The translations under genes and the position numbers were made by a program. From the NCBI GenBank assembly GCA_038496445.1, contig JALMLS010000453.1:186001-250000 (forward strand): DNA of 64,000 bases. Direction: 5' to 3'. The notes below the pieces were generated by a model that made no database searches, was not told where the DNA came from, and was given only the letters and a program-made list of their open reading frames with translations. Source of the stretch: Trichosphaerium sp. ATCC 40318 (Eukaryota; Protista; Tubulinea). Below are positions 11,939 to 25,374 of the stretch, piece after piece. The number at the start of each line of letters is the position of its first letter. Position 1 is the stretch's first letter.

Positions 11939-13462
11939 ATGGACACCTTAGTTGATGATTGTTTAAAACAAGTTCTGTCTTATTTAACGATTGTTGAACA
12001 GCTTTCGTTTGGAATTACGTGTAGGAGACACAATACGCTCTCTAGATGCGATTTTATATGGTATCCGCACTATAAACGTAAGTTTCCTACAAAAAAACCT
12101 GTTGTTGTAAATATTCACGATTCATTTCTTCGCAGCCTCTCGTACGTCTATACATCTACGTTTCCAAACTTACAAATAAACGTTAACGCCAATTGACATT
12201 TTAAAGGAATCAATGGAATGGTCAATGGGCGCAATTACTCGGTGCTGATCCTGCTATCGTGGTACATCGCGTAGCGAAGCCAATGAAAGATATACAGTGT
12301 ATGAATAACTTACAGCCTCTACAATCAAGCTTTACAGTGTCAGTAAAGTACGTCTAGCATCATTAGCATGGACTGACGCTATTAACTTACAAACTAAGCG
12401 TCTTGACGTTGATATTTTGCTCAAGTTATACAAAGCAAGTTTTATTAAATACTACAGGCTGTTTGTACATTTATATCAATTGGAATTCACGTCGCTTTAA
12501 GTTTTACGCCCAACCGGTCAATGTCTTGTTGTACAAGATAACAGTAAGTTTTTTTTTTGTTGGTTTATCTTCTTTTTTTCTTCGTTCTTAAACACTTCTT
12601 TTAGCATGCCATAGAAGAAGGCTTTGGGGTTCCTGATATCAGAAACTTTATGAATTCATTACATTTATATGATAGGCGTAATATTCTTGGTGTTCTTAAT
12701 GTAGTAAGAGGAGATGTAAGTCTGACAGTTTTTTTAATTTGTTTTTCTTGTTTTTTTCTTACACGTTCTTTGTTGGTTAACATCCCCTTTTAGATTACAA
12801 AGATTCCAATATTTGCTGTTGTAAATCCTTGTGCAGATGTTTTAATGCCTGTCACGATGGTTAGTAGCGCGATACATAGATCTGCAGGACCAGGACTTAT
12901 GCGCGAGCTTATGAATACAGAAGAATTGCCATTTAGAATTACAGGAGAATGCTTGATGACTACAGGTTTGTTTTAGCTCATTTATTTCATCTAACATCGT
13001 TTTATAGGTCACAAATTACCAGCAAAACACATAATACATGTTTGCGGACCACATATTGCTGATGAACCGTTTAATGAAGAAAACACTGAACTATCTCTTG
13101 AAACATGTTTAGATGGATTATATAATTTTTGCTCAAATAATCAAATCCGTGAGGTAGCGCTACCCCTCATTGGAACAGTAGGTATGACTACTTTTAGTAT
13201 ATATGTATTTATCTATTATTACTCATTTTTGTAATTAGGAGGAGGATATGGTGAGTTAGCGGTGACATTGGCAGTAGACTATACTTTTTGGTGGCTTTCA
13301 AAAAATCCAAAGGTTTTTGACAAGATTGTTTTTGTTTGCTTCGATAAGGAGTACCATGATGCAATGAAGAGAGCAGTTTACACGCTATTTGATCCTGATG
13401 ATGAATCACTTGCTATATTCAATATGGATGAATATGAACGACGAGATATGATGGAGTTGTAG
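11939..13462 (+). CDS. F-box + macrodomain (MacroD/GDAP2-like) fusion protein
   Basis: Exon 1 F-box MDTLVDDCLKQVLSYLTIVEQLSFGITCRRHNTLSRCDFIWYPHY. Later exons VVRGD/ITKIPIFAVVNP..SSAIHRSAGPGL..GECLMTTG/HKLPAKHIIHVCGP..IREVALPLIGTVG/GGYG..FDKIVFVCFD form a complete macro fold. Confidence 0.85.
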
Positions 13463-13947
13463 TTTTTTTTTGTAACAGTTTTTTGTGCATTGGCACATAT
13501 ATGAGCATAACGCCAAGCTGCTAGTTGTGGAAATAAAAGATGTTAGTTATGAAATGAAGTTCTGTACATTAGGCAAACAATATTGACACGCTCAATTAGG
13601 CACTGTGCCGATTTTGCTTTAACGATAAGACTAAGTCAATTTGTCAACCCTATTGACCGCCAGCAGACCAAGTCCAGCAGAACCAGTAGCAACTCAACAG
13701 GATTAATACCAGTAAAACCAGCGAGTCCAAAGCGACAGTTCAGTGTCACCAGCATTTGTTTCAATACATACTTGAACAGAATACAATTTGGAACGCGGGA
13801 ATCAACAATCCAAATAGAAATTGTGCAACAGACAAAACAACTTTAGAATGGCTTATAAATTGTCTATTTATTTAAGTAACATATTGAAGTGGTTACTATC
13901 CATAATATTGAATACCCATTGCTTCAACAGCTTCTTTTGTAAGTTTG

Positions 13948-15058
13948 CTAGTTTTCAATTCCTGCAACTTGTTTTACAGATTTTAAGTGCTTCAAGCAAC
14001 CATTTGTAATCTGTGGACAGTAATGCACGGTGAGGCGCTCAAGGTTTACCAATGTCTTAAAACCCAAGTCTGTTATCTTAGAGCAACCATACAAATAAAG
14101 GTATTTGACATTGGTCAATGATTTGATTCCATCATCTGTTACATATCTTCCTTGTCTGATATGGACAGTATGTACATCACCAAGTTGTTTGAGCCATGAG
14201 TCTGCTGGAAAAGAAAGCCTAATTTCATGAACATCTTTGAGTGCTTTGATTCCTTCAACTGTAATATAACCACAACTCTCTAGTTTAATTGTGTGTACAC
14301 CAACAAGACTTTGGAGTGCGTCATCTGTCACTGCAGTCCAAGAAAGGTTAATAGTATGAACGCCAGCAAGTGCTCTAAATCCTTTATCGCTCACTTTAGT
14401 ATAGCTCAAGTCAATTGTATGAACTCCAGCAAGTGCTTTCACTCCGTTATCTGTTACAGAGGTCTGAGAAAGTTGAATAGTATGAACGCCAGCAAGTGCT
14501 ACCACTCCTTCATCTGTCACTGATGTGCGAGAAAGGTCAATACTATGAACACCTTTGAGTGCTTTCACTCCTTCATCTGTCACTGACGATTCAGAAAGGT
14601 CAATTGTATGAACTCCGGCCAAATATATCATTGCTTTGTCTGTAATTTGTCGACAACCCCTCAAGGCAAGTTTATGGACTCCTGTAAATTGTTCCACAAT
14701 CTTGTCAGAGGGAAACCCGAAAGTTGTATTTTCTACTAAATCGATTCTTGTGTGTTTCATAATTCCACAATGCTTTACAACTTGTCTCACTTGATTTTCT
14801 GTTGTTATACGTATACTATGGTATCCAACAATGTCATGAACGATAGAAGAAAGGATATGACATGTTTGAGAAGCCGTAAATCGATCTTTGGTTGTATGAG
14901 TTAAAATAATCGCTAGAATCTCAGTAGGCATGTCCAGTAGTGTTGTTTGAGTTCTACAAATTATTTTAGAACGATACAATCAACAAAAACGTTTACCTTT
15001 GATTTAATGTATCATACGCCAAATCAAACGGTTTTTTATTACCTTCTGTGCGATCCAT
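13948..15058 (-). CDS. F-box + 21/22-aa leucine-rich repeat protein, paralog 1
   Basis: Exon 1 from ATG 15058 (MDRTEGNKKPFDLAYDTLNQ), a short phase-2 intron, then LLDMPTEILAIIL (F-box) and about 10 repeats LAGVHTIDLSxTxVTDxGVKA. Confidence 0.9.
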
Positions 15059-15237
15059 GGTGGCACGTGTACTTTTCATAATTGATTTATGTTGACTAAC
15101 GAAAAATACTTAGGCCACTAAAACGTGATTTTGGTGAATACCATGCTGGCGTTAGAATATCAATTAGCTCAAACCAATTTGCTGACAAGAGCTGCAACCA
15201 TATGTTTTATTGATGTTTTGATATGACAATTTTGTTA

Positions 15238-15954
15238 CTAGCCTTTAAGTGGGAATCGTGTTACTTGTGTTTCTTCTTGCGAGTTGTCAATAAAAATCAA
15301 TGATTTGATGACACATGTCCAATTAAAATCTTTGACACACAAATCAGTTACTATTTTGCCTAGCGTCTCTGGCTTTAGTTTATAATCTCCAAAAGATTGA
15401 GCTATAGTTATATGAGGCGTCCATCTATCTATAAGTCAATATTAGAAAAAAATAGGAAAAAAACTCTAAAGAATATGAAGCTGTTTGTCAATGTGCTGAT
15501 GATTGAAAAACTCTGTTCAAAAAGTCTCTTTTGGTTACCTGATTTGTAGTAAACACTAGGCTCACAGTTTATCGTTTTTCCTCTTGTGGCATTAGTGATA
15601 CGTTCGTGAAGGGATGAAAGAGCTGGTGATCTGATGCACGAGAGGAATAATATTAGGTAATCTCCTGGAAATATACCAAGACCTGAAAGAGACATTGGAA
15701 ATGGTGTTGTTGTGTCAGCAATCGTCGCTAGTGCTTTTTTAACCGCATCAGTGTCGTAAGCATCTGCAAGTTCAAAAGAGAAGTGTGGGAGTGCCTTAAA
15801 GTCATTATCGCCTCATTATAGTTGTTTTCATTACCTTTTTGTCTAAAATACCGCCAACACCGTATTTTTCCTTCATAGTCTTCATTAGAGCGAGTACTCG
15901 TTGTGTATGTTCTTCATCTAGTTCGGCGCCAATGACACAAGGTGCCTTTGCCAT
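15238..15954 (-). CDS. 2H phosphoesterase (2'-5' RNA ligase/LigT-like superfamily)
   Basis: Three exons; two HxS/T motifs, LPHFSF and WTPHITI, separated by PFPMSLSGLGIFPG. Confidence 0.8.
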
Positions 15955-16602
15955 TTTTTGAATGAATTTGATTTGAAAAATCGCAGGCTAATTAAGCCAG
16001 ATTCATAATCAAAGAAAGATGCTAGTCAGTTCACAATTTAGCGCCTACCAAGCCGTGACTATCCCGTATGTTTTATTTAAAGCACGTGATTACTCTATCA
16101 ATAAAAATCACCGTCCGGACATTTACATCGAACTCACGGGTTTTGATAGCAGGTTTCTTACAAGTAAGTATGCATATGCCTTCTGGAAATCAAGATATTT
16201 GAGTTCTAGCCGCTTCTGTAAAGTTCACCTTCTGTAAGTTCTAACTGGAACTGTTCGACATGTCTCATTGAATAAGGCTATCGAGGTGAAGTACAAAAGA
16301 CTGTACAGCTTTGATGTATGATTTATTGTTAGCTTAGCAATACCCACGTAAATGTTACGTTTGACAGTCAACTTTCTTAATGATATTCGCAGTGAAACTA
16401 CTGAATTTAAGCACTTTCACCAATTCCAAACTATTTTAAAGGCAGGCCAGAAATTGCGTGTATTTTGTATAATTTTGCTGCAATGCAGACAATACCATTT
16501 AGGGCATTGCTTTTACCCTCATCTGTTATAGAGTTTCAACATTGTAAATTTATACAGTCTACATTTGCTGCTCATTCTTTAAAGCCATCTGTTACATTTG
16601 TA

Positions 16603-17364
16603 TTATACGTCAATCTTGTGTACACCTGCTAATGCCGCAATACCCTCGTCTGTTATTGATTCACAATCATACAATTTGATTGTATGTACACCTGCCAACG
16701 CCTTCAATCCTTTGTCTGTTACACGTGTATATGATAAATCAATCTCATGTACTCCTGCTAGCGCCTGTATACCCTCATCTGTTATTGATTCACACCACTC
16801 TAAGTTGATTGTATGCACGCCTGCCAACGCTTTCAATCCTTCATCTGTTATTACTGAGCATTGAGACAAGTTAATTGTATGTACGCCTTTCAACGCCTTT
16901 AGACCTTCATCCGTTACATCGCAGCAAGTCAACTCTATAGCATGAACACCCGCCACTGCCTTGATACCTTCATCGCTTATTGGGCAATAATTCAAATAAA
17001 TAGTGTGTACTCCTGCCAATGCTTTCAATCCTTCATCTGATACATACGTGTGTGATAGATTAATTTCATGTACACCTGCAAGTTCCTTTATACCCACATC
17101 GGTTATTAAGAAACACCCACGTGAGTTAATAGCTGTATTCTTCAGCAATGGACTACCTGAAAGTGCTTTCGCTTGAGCGTCATTTCTAACATTAATGCGA
17201 CCATATCCAACATGGGTATGAACAATATCTCGCAAAAAGTGACATGTTTGGGCTGAACGGAGTGTATACTTCCCTTGTTTCAGGATATGCACTATTAATT
17301 CAATTGGTAGCGCAACAAGGTTCCGTTTGTCTTGATTTGTATTTTCTCTATATTTTTTTTCCAT
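16603..17364 (-). CDS. F-box + 21/22-aa LRR protein, paralog 2 (intronless)
   Basis: LVALPIELIVHIL..SAQTCHFLRDIVHTHVGY followed by repeats LAGVHTINLxxCxxITDEGLKA. Confidence 0.9.
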   Translation of the reverse strand: MEKKYRENTNQDKRNLVALPIELIVHILKQGKYTLRSAQTCHFLRDIVHTHVGYGRINVRNDAQAKALSGSPLLKNTAINSRGCFLITDVGIKELAGVHEINLSHTYVSDEGLKALAGVHTIYLNYCPISDEGIKAVAGVHAIELTCCDVTDEGLKALKGVHTINLSQCSVITDEGLKALAGVHTINLEWCESITDEGIQALAGVHEIDLSYTRVTDKGLKALAGVHTIKLYDCESITDEGIAALAGVHKIDV

Positions 17365-17727
17365 GTTGAAAATAATCGCTTTGATTCACCCACAAGAATA
17401 CACTGTACAGTAACTGAACGCTTCGTAGACACCCTTAGTTATTACGTTTTCTTTAATATACTGTTGATTTTGTTCTATAACCTAGCTAGGGTATAGGACG
17501 AGTTGTTACAGGTACGAAGTAAGGAAATTCTGGTTTTATTAATTTTATCTTACAATTAAGTGACGCTTGTGAGTATTCGTGTACGACAATTTTAAAACGA
17601 CAACTTGAAAGGTAGTGGTATTAACTGTTTGTTGACACAGCTTGGACTTCCTGAAAAAAGGTTCGAACTTAACGTTGTTTTAGGCGAAAGGCTGACGTTA
17701 GATTTTTCTTTTAACCATACCTATACG

Positions 17728-18421
17728 ATGTCAACATCTGTTAGAATGCGCTCGGTAAAACTAGTAGTAGTTGGAGACTGTTCTGTAGGGAAAACAGCAA
17801 TGTTGATGGCATATTCCATTAATGGTCCTCCAGGAGGCGCCAAATTACCTAACGTATACTCTCTTGTTTCAATTGTTTTTTTACTCACATTTCTATTCTA
17901 GCTATTTGACGACGATTACGGCTCATGTATTTTGGTGGATGGTATTCCAGTTGATCTTAAATTATGGGATACTGCAGGTGAAGGCGATTACGATAAAGTA
18001 AGACCTATAACGTACCCGGGTACAAACATATTTTTGGTGTGCTTCTCAGTTGATTCTCCATCATCCTTTGAAAGTGTAAAAGAAAAGGTAAACAGAATTT
18101 TTTTGTGAAGACATGTGAACCTTGTACTGATTTTTGTGTAATATAAGTGGATTCCAGAAATTTCTACACACTTACATATTGGTTGGTACTAAGGTAGATC
18201 TCAGAGATGCTTCAGATACTATAAATACTCTAGACGCAAAGAACAAAAGTCTAACAGAAGAACATGGAAATAAAATGGCAAAAAGTATTGGTGCTGTTAA
18301 ATATATTGAATGTTCATCTGTTTCCATGGTCGGTATCAAAAATGTTTTTCTAGAATCAATACGTACTGCTTTATTACCGAAACCTGTCAAGAAGAATATA
18401 GAATATTGCACTCTCATGTAG
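17728..18421 (+). pseudogene. Atypical Rho/Rac-family GTPase with an apparent frameshift in exon 3
   Basis: VKLVVVGDCSVGKT, LWDTAGE, YILVGTKVDLR, YIECSS and CAAX CTLM. Exon 3 starts WIPEISTH and hits TAA; YILVGTK lies in another frame from about 18172. Confidence 0.7.
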
Positions 18422-18689
18422 AACTACAATACAAACACAACGTTCAGCTTGCTTATCACCAAATTGTAAAAACTTGGCAAGGCCAACTGCAGTTTAAAAC
18501 AAACTAATATATAAGTTGTGTGCTATGTTCACGTGCTATTGTACTACAGTGATTCGGTTACTTAGTAAACGTAGTACTAGGATTGTGGAAATACATAAAT
18601 AATAAGAATAAGTACAATAAACACTATTTAAAGCGAATACCTGACAATTTGTTTAAAGTTGAATTCATTTCTAATTTTGAAAAGAGCAT

Positions 18690-19358
18690 TCAATTGTTTT
18701 GTTTAGCAATGCCATTCTCATATATTATCTGCCTGCGTAGGAATCCGTTACCATAGCTACAATACTCACCATGCATCTTACCATTAGCATAGGTACACGT
18801 TTCTTTTAGTTGACCATTTTTATACCATAACTTATACTCACCATTTAATTTACCTTTCGAAAAAAAGTAATCTGCCATTAACGATCCACTTTCATACCAG
18901 TACCTTATCTGACCTTCTCTCTTACCATTTCTATAATTGCATTGATAGTACAGCTTACCAATCGCATACCAGCTCTGGAACTCTCCCTCTAATTCACCAT
19001 TGAGGTAGTTAGATTTTATGCTCAAACTACCATTTGCATGCCATTTCCTGTAAGTTCCATTTAAGGCACCATCATCAAATGAACATTGTAGAAGTAATCT
19101 ACCACCCTTCCTTTTCTCCCATCTGCCTTGTTTATTCATCTTTTCGTTAAATCTTGTGGCCAACGCCGCTTCTTTGTTCAGTAACGGAAAAATAATATAA
19201 AACACGTGGTCTAGATCTATCATGTCGAGGACTATCTCCATTGGTATTCGCAGCAACCAGTTAGCCTTCTTTTTACGCTTCTTAGACTAATTTTTTTATT
19301 AGGGCCTGTTTTAGTAGTGATAAAGTTAACGTACTCGTTTGTGTTTACGTTCTGCCAT
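18690..19358 (-). CDS. F-box + MORN-variant repeat protein, paralog 3
   Basis: Micro-exon MAERKHKR with GTACGT donor, then LLRIPMEIVLDMIDLD..FPLLNKEAALATRFNEKMNKQGRW and MORN repeats. Confidence 0.85.
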
Positions 19359-20603
19359 AGTCGCGGTCTACTTAAATGAACAATATGGCAATAAAAGGGT
19401 TGACTATGTAGAATCTTCTAGCGCCAAGCTGCAAGAGTTACAGAACATGTATAAATGATTAATAACATCACGCGTTGCCACAAAAAACATGAGCTCACTT
19501 TCTTTTTTCCAAATTTAGTGATTCACTACATTCCGTGACCAAGTGCTACGTTCGCCATACTATACTTTACCTTCTAAAGGAAGCGTGTAAAGTTCGGCGT
19601 GTGATTTAGCCTCAGGACCTTGGTTTACCAAAAAGTTGCCAACTGTAACATTATGCGAGGTAACCGAAGTTTAATGTAATATCAAGCAACCTACTAAATT
19701 GGAGAATTCATTGGTATCGTTTTGGCCTCATTTGTGATCAGATTAGAAATGACAGGCACTTTTTTTTCACTTATTGTACTTTCTCAATTCTAAAATCACG
19801 TGACGAAAACATAAGAGACACTTCAAGGCATAAACGAATAACTTGTAAAAAAGTAATATTCAAATCAACTCAAACGCGTAGAATTGAACCGTACCGCGTA
19901 TGACATTATATTACGCGAACTTAAAGACTAACCTAGAAGAAAAAAATTACCACGTGCTCAAAAAAGAGATTTTGAAAGAAAATCTTTCAAACCAGAAAAA
20001 AAAACTAGATAACGAATATATCTTGCAACAAGAATACATATGTTCACGGACATAGAATACTACCAAGTAATGACAGAAAATGCAGACATTTCGAACAAAA
20101 CGAACCAAGTCTTTTATATGAACTATTTGCGCAATAAATGCAAAAATACTAGTACGTCTCTCCTGATTGATATTGATTTGTTTTAGAAAAATCTCACACT
20201 GACGTCACTTACGAACAGCTTTTTTTCAGGCGGAGATTTCCCCACGACATTTTCTGACCCGAAAGCGTATTGGGTTAGTTAAAAAACGCATAGTAGTGTA
20301 CTAACGGGTGCAATAGTGCGATTTTCGTGCTTTTACTTAACTACGTTGAAATAAATCACATTAAAGGCTTTAAACCGCCAACCGGTGCGTCAAACGAGCA
20401 AAAGAAAAGCTCAGTTTTTATTTTTGTTCATGTAATCTTTGCGTGACCACAAAACGGTCTGACCTTCATAATAGATGCGTTGACCTCATTTTGAACAACA
20501 TTGGGCTATTTCTCATACCATCAAGGCATAATAGCATTAATTTGTACGACGAGCACACAGTCAGCGAGAATAAGCGACAAACGACCATAAAGATAAAAAA
20601 CAA

Positions 20604-23600
20604 ATGACTTACACAACAATCGCAAAGATAAGCGCCATACTAGCTATTTCCTATGCTATCTACCTTGGTGTGATGACAGGCGATCAAACGAACACTCCTC
20701 AAGAACAACCCTTCGACTATGTAATAGGTAAGAACGCTACGACATAACAACGCCAAAAACAACTCTCATGTTATAATTTAATCAAAACAACCTTATTTGT
20801 AATCAATTTCATTCTGACATCTTACAGTTGGTGCTGGCACTGCTGGAAGCATCGTAGCAGCAAGATTAGCTGAGCAAGGTCACTCTGTTCAGGTTCTCGA
20901 AGCAGGACAGGCGTCACAAGGTAAATTTAAAAATCCGAACGGGAATTTACAAAACACAGTTCTACGCTTGGTTGAGCTCTTTTTGGGCCTAATCGACCGT
21001 AATAATTATCTAATCAGTATTTAGCAATTTTGGGTGGAGAGTTATGGGCTCTAGAGGCACCAAAGTGTTCAGGTATGCTATTTACGGATTTGTTCAGAAT
21101 TTATTTTTTTGCGCTTTTCGAACATTCAGGGAACGGTATCCCCCTAAAATAATTCCTAGTTTAAAAGTGACTTTCTAAAATACCGTGTAAATTCTATTTA
21201 AATGCATACACTATCCATGTACTTTTTGAATCACGTGATCCGTTCGAGTTTGTTCGAAAGTTTTTTTTTGCATCGAACAAGCTGCTTTATATAACTACAG
21301 GTCTTATCAGCTCGTTCTATATAGCAAAGTTGTTCTTGAAAAAGAGAGAATAGTTTAGATATTATAGTTTTCTTCTCTAAGACTTAAATATAGGACTATC
21401 AGGTTTATTAACACAGTTTGATGTACCAAGCTTCTATCACGTATTTCTGGAAAACTCGGAGGTGTTAGAAAAGTTTTTCTGGAAAGGAGAGGTAAATGTA
21501 CGCAAAACCTCGCGTAAGGATATTGCTGGAAAGCTAGCAGGTGGTAGCGCAGCAATTAATGGTATGTGAATCAATAAGTCTGGGATTTTTTTGTAAACCT
21601 CCAAGGAGGTAGACATGACGTCCTTAGCGAGGATTACAAAAAATCGCCCCACAAACTAGAATCTTTACACAAATACTTTTGTGTTCTCACTTTGTACCAC
21701 TGTGTTCACTCTTTCTTTTTTAATAGCGATGTGGTTTATACGTGGAGTACCATCTGATTTTGATGAATACTTCCCTGATACATGGAAGTGGGATGATGTT
21801 TTACCTTACTACCAAAAAATTGAAAATTACACCGATATAAGTGCTGAAAGTAACTCTTACCGTGGAGGTTCTGGAAGAATTCAAGGTACCCTTTATACAT
21901 CACATAAATTTGAGTCACAATGTAGAAGATTCACTATGTGGTGGCATTACAAGCTTTACAAAGTTTGGGATTTTAATCTTTTCTCTTCGTGTATAGTGTA
22001 CTTTACTTACGTTTTTTACCAAGTTATGACGCCCCCACTTCAATTGAATATAAATGACCATTTTTCTGTGTACATTGAAGCTTTCTCAAAGCTTGGGGTA
22101 CCATTTATGAAGGATGTGAATGCACCAGATAGGTACAACTATTAAGGGTTTTTTTTTTTTTTTGCTACAAGAAATCAAGTCTTTACATTCTTGGTTAACC
22201 ATCTACTTGTACGGTTATTTACATGTGTATCAATTAGGTATGGCGTGGGTTATTATCAGTCTAATATTGCCGATGGAGTTCGCAGATCTTCTGCTTTTTC
22301 GTATCTACCTATCGGGCTAGAAACGGGTAATCTTGAGGTTCATTTCAATGCGCAAGCTACTAGAATAGAGTTGGACAGTAACAATCAAGCAAGAGGTGTA
22401 TTTTATAGGCAAGGAAATGAAGAGAAACATATTGCAGCAAAGAAAGTTATCTTATCAGCTGGGACTCTAAATACACCAAAACTACTCATGTTATCTGGTA
22501 TTGGTAACCCTGAGACGTTAAAGAAGATAAATGTACCAATGAAAATCGAAAGTATAGGTAACTACACGCTCATCTACACGCGTAAAAAATCGCTAAATTT
22601 CTCGTGTTTTTTTTTGTAGGTGTTGGTAATCAACTCAATGATCATCTTGGATTTAGTATGTCGTTCGAATACAATGAATTGGCTCCTAAAGATCCGAGTT
22701 CACTCTACAATTTTCCAGATGCCTTTAACGAGTACTCAAACTCATGTAGTGGTCCTCTTAGTATCAGAGACAGTACGTTAAGCGCGTTTTGAGTTTTTCT
22801 TTTTGTATTTTGCGTGTACAATGGTTCAAGTTGTAATGCTGATTATCCTTTGCTAAAAACGGGTTTAACTGTTGGTTTTGACTTTCACTTACCTGTTGCT
22901 TAGATAAACTCTTTGCTACTCTATCTAGCCACGGCAATACATCTCGCCCTAATATTTACCTTAATCTTTGTCCGTCTGGCGTACAAGGTGATCAACAAAC
23001 TTATTATATTGGAGTTAATCTGGGACTATCTACAACAAGAGTACGTGATTTATAAACACATCATGCCATCCAACCCTTTAGTTATCATCAACGGCTTTTT
23101 TACCTTTGCTTACCAAATATTGACTTGGAATTTTTAGGGCTACCTTGAACTAAACACATCACATCCTTTTGACGAGCTTCGTGTTAAATTCACAGATATT
23201 ACTGATGAAGATATTAACAACTTAGTTTGGGGCGTTGAATTCATGCGCAATTTTTCAAAAACAGAGCCTCTGGCTTCTATTACTGCTGGAGAACTCATAC
23301 CAGGTCCAGAATATACAGGACCAGCTCTAAGAGAGTGGATAATGGATAATATAATGTCAAATACTCATTTTGCTTCTGGAGCACCTATGGGCGCTGATGA
23401 TGATCCAAAAGCAGTTGTTGATGCTAAATTACGCGTCAAGGGTGCTCGAAATCTATATATTGCTGATGCCTCGGTTTTACCAATGTACGATTTTATTTTC
23501 TTTTTTTTTTCTGCTTTTATTGCTTTCTCGTTTGCTTACTTGTTGATTTTTTAGTTCAACGCATGGTAATATACAAGCTACTGTTTACATGGTTGGTGAA

Positions 23601-23673
23601 AGAGCTGCAGAGCTTATAGCAAAAGACAAACAGTTCTGTTCACAGCCTTTGTGTCCAAAAAAAAAAATTATTG
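20604..23673 (+). CDS. GMC (glucose-methanol-choline) oxidoreductase with N-terminal signal/anchor
   Basis: FDYVI/VGAGTAGSIVAARLAE..VLEAG, GKLAGGSAAIN, VILSAGTLNTPKLLMLSGIG, VGNQLNDH, THFASGAPMG..VVDAKLRVKGARNLYIADASVLP, GNIQATVYMVGERAAELI. Confidence 0.92.
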
Positions 23674-23742
23674 ACAAAACCTTTAAAAATTGTAAACAAT
23701 AAATGTACATTGCTTTCTCAACAAACTACAACAAAAACTTTT

Positions 23743-25216
23743 ATGGAAGCAAGTGTCAATACAAATTTGCAACGCTTGAAAAAGGCGTGTTTAAGGCAGT
23801 GTATTAGAGGACATTTAAGTCATTTAGGTTTGCCATGCGTCAAGTTAAAAAGCGCGTAGTCGTTGGTGCTTATACAATGTGCAATGAGGTTCAATCATCT
23901 GTACTTCCAAACGCTACAGCGAATGTCATGTACTTCCCAGGTAATTAATTGTTCTCATTCGCCACCTCATGTTGTGTCTAGGCGACATACAGAACTTTGA
24001 AGCCGAAATGAAGGATTTTACCGAATATAGCCTTGAAAAAACTGTACGCACATCAAAGTAGTATAAAACATCACCTATCTCACTGACATTGCACAGGTTA
24101 GTATTCTAGAGACAAAATTCCCTCTGTGTAATATTTTCGCTGTCAGGTGCGTTCAGCTGTTCCTCACCACGACCTAATTAACCTACAAGGTCTTTGCGAA
24201 TGCTAGACGCAAACGCACAATACGACAACTTCCTAATGCCCGGCAGGTGCGTTAAAACCATGTTAATCGCTTAAAAACTAACGATCAACGTAGATGTATA
24301 TACCACATGTCTAAATTATTAACTGACGTTCACCAAGCAGCAAGCAAAGGTTTGAAAATTTCGGCATTTTGCCTAGTCTCAAGCTTATTCCTTAATGTTT
24401 ACATTAGATCTTGGTGTACCATTTGATCCTACGTTACCTATAATTTTATTAGGTTTTAGTAAAGGCACGTGACTACAAAAAATAAGAGTGAGAAATGTCA
24501 AATTCTCATAAATCCACAAAAGTTTTCGCTAACGTGTTTTTACGAACCAGGTGTATTACTTCTTAATCTTTTACTTGCTGAATATGGTACTCTACATTGT
24601 AAAGACGCAAAAGAAGTTCTTGATTGGCAACAATTAAACAATGGTACCGCGATACATACTATCCAGATATTGTCTTGTCTATTTTTAACTGATTTCTTTG
24701 TAGGAATCAAATTACCTTTTTATGAGCGCTCTATGATGGTGGCATCACTTGGCATGAGAATAGAATCTCTAACAAAGCACAGAAGTGAAATAATGAAATT
24801 TATGGAGAGAGTAAAGGAGATATATTGGCTGGACGGACATAGAGTACGGAATCGATATTTTTTGAAAAACAGAAAAAAATTCTCTGCTTACAAACTCTTT
24901 TGATTACTTGTTTACAACCACCTAGTTTCCTTCATCTGATAAAACAATTCCTCCTTTCTGTAGACTATTAAAAAATTCTGTTAAAATCTATATCTATGGC
25001 ACACCACACCTCATGGACGACCGCGGAAGAACTTTCACTAAGTCAGAATGTGAACTTTTTCAAACTCATTTAACAGATCATGAAATGCCGTTTATATACA
25101 AACTATACTTAGAAGGAGAACGTAAAGACCTCAAAACACATCTAAAAATAATTAAAGTCTTCGAAGCAAATCAAGAAAAAGAAGATAAAGAAAGTACTTC
25201 TAAAACTGTACAATAA
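23743..25216 (+). CDS. Multi-exon hypothetical protein
   Basis: ATG at 23743, a series of short GT-AG introns, and a last exon matching ORF 25013-25216. Confidence 0.5.
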
Positions 25217-25374
25217 TTAATTAAAATAAACCACATAGTAAAAAGACGAAAAGTTGCAAACTTCACAAATAACATACGCAATTCACTGATTGTTGAGTGT
25301 AAGTTTCGAAAAACCGTTGCAAACCACTACTGAGCAGCTTAACCATCTGTCTTCGAGTTACAAAAATGATTTAT

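Noticed and set aside
13583-13846. CCAG-rich 87-aa ORF between convergent genes
   Set aside because: Non-ATG start, low complexity, no domain or regular periodicity.
5940-19358. Intact endogenous giant-virus insertion
   Set aside because: No NCLDV core genes (capsid, polB, packaging ATPase) seen; the virus-like repeat genes are interspersed with intron-rich host genes.
19400-20560. Long intergenic region with a 51-aa ORF (about 19900-20055)
   Set aside because: A-rich low-complexity ORF without recognisable motifs; no tRNA or other ncRNA structure seen.
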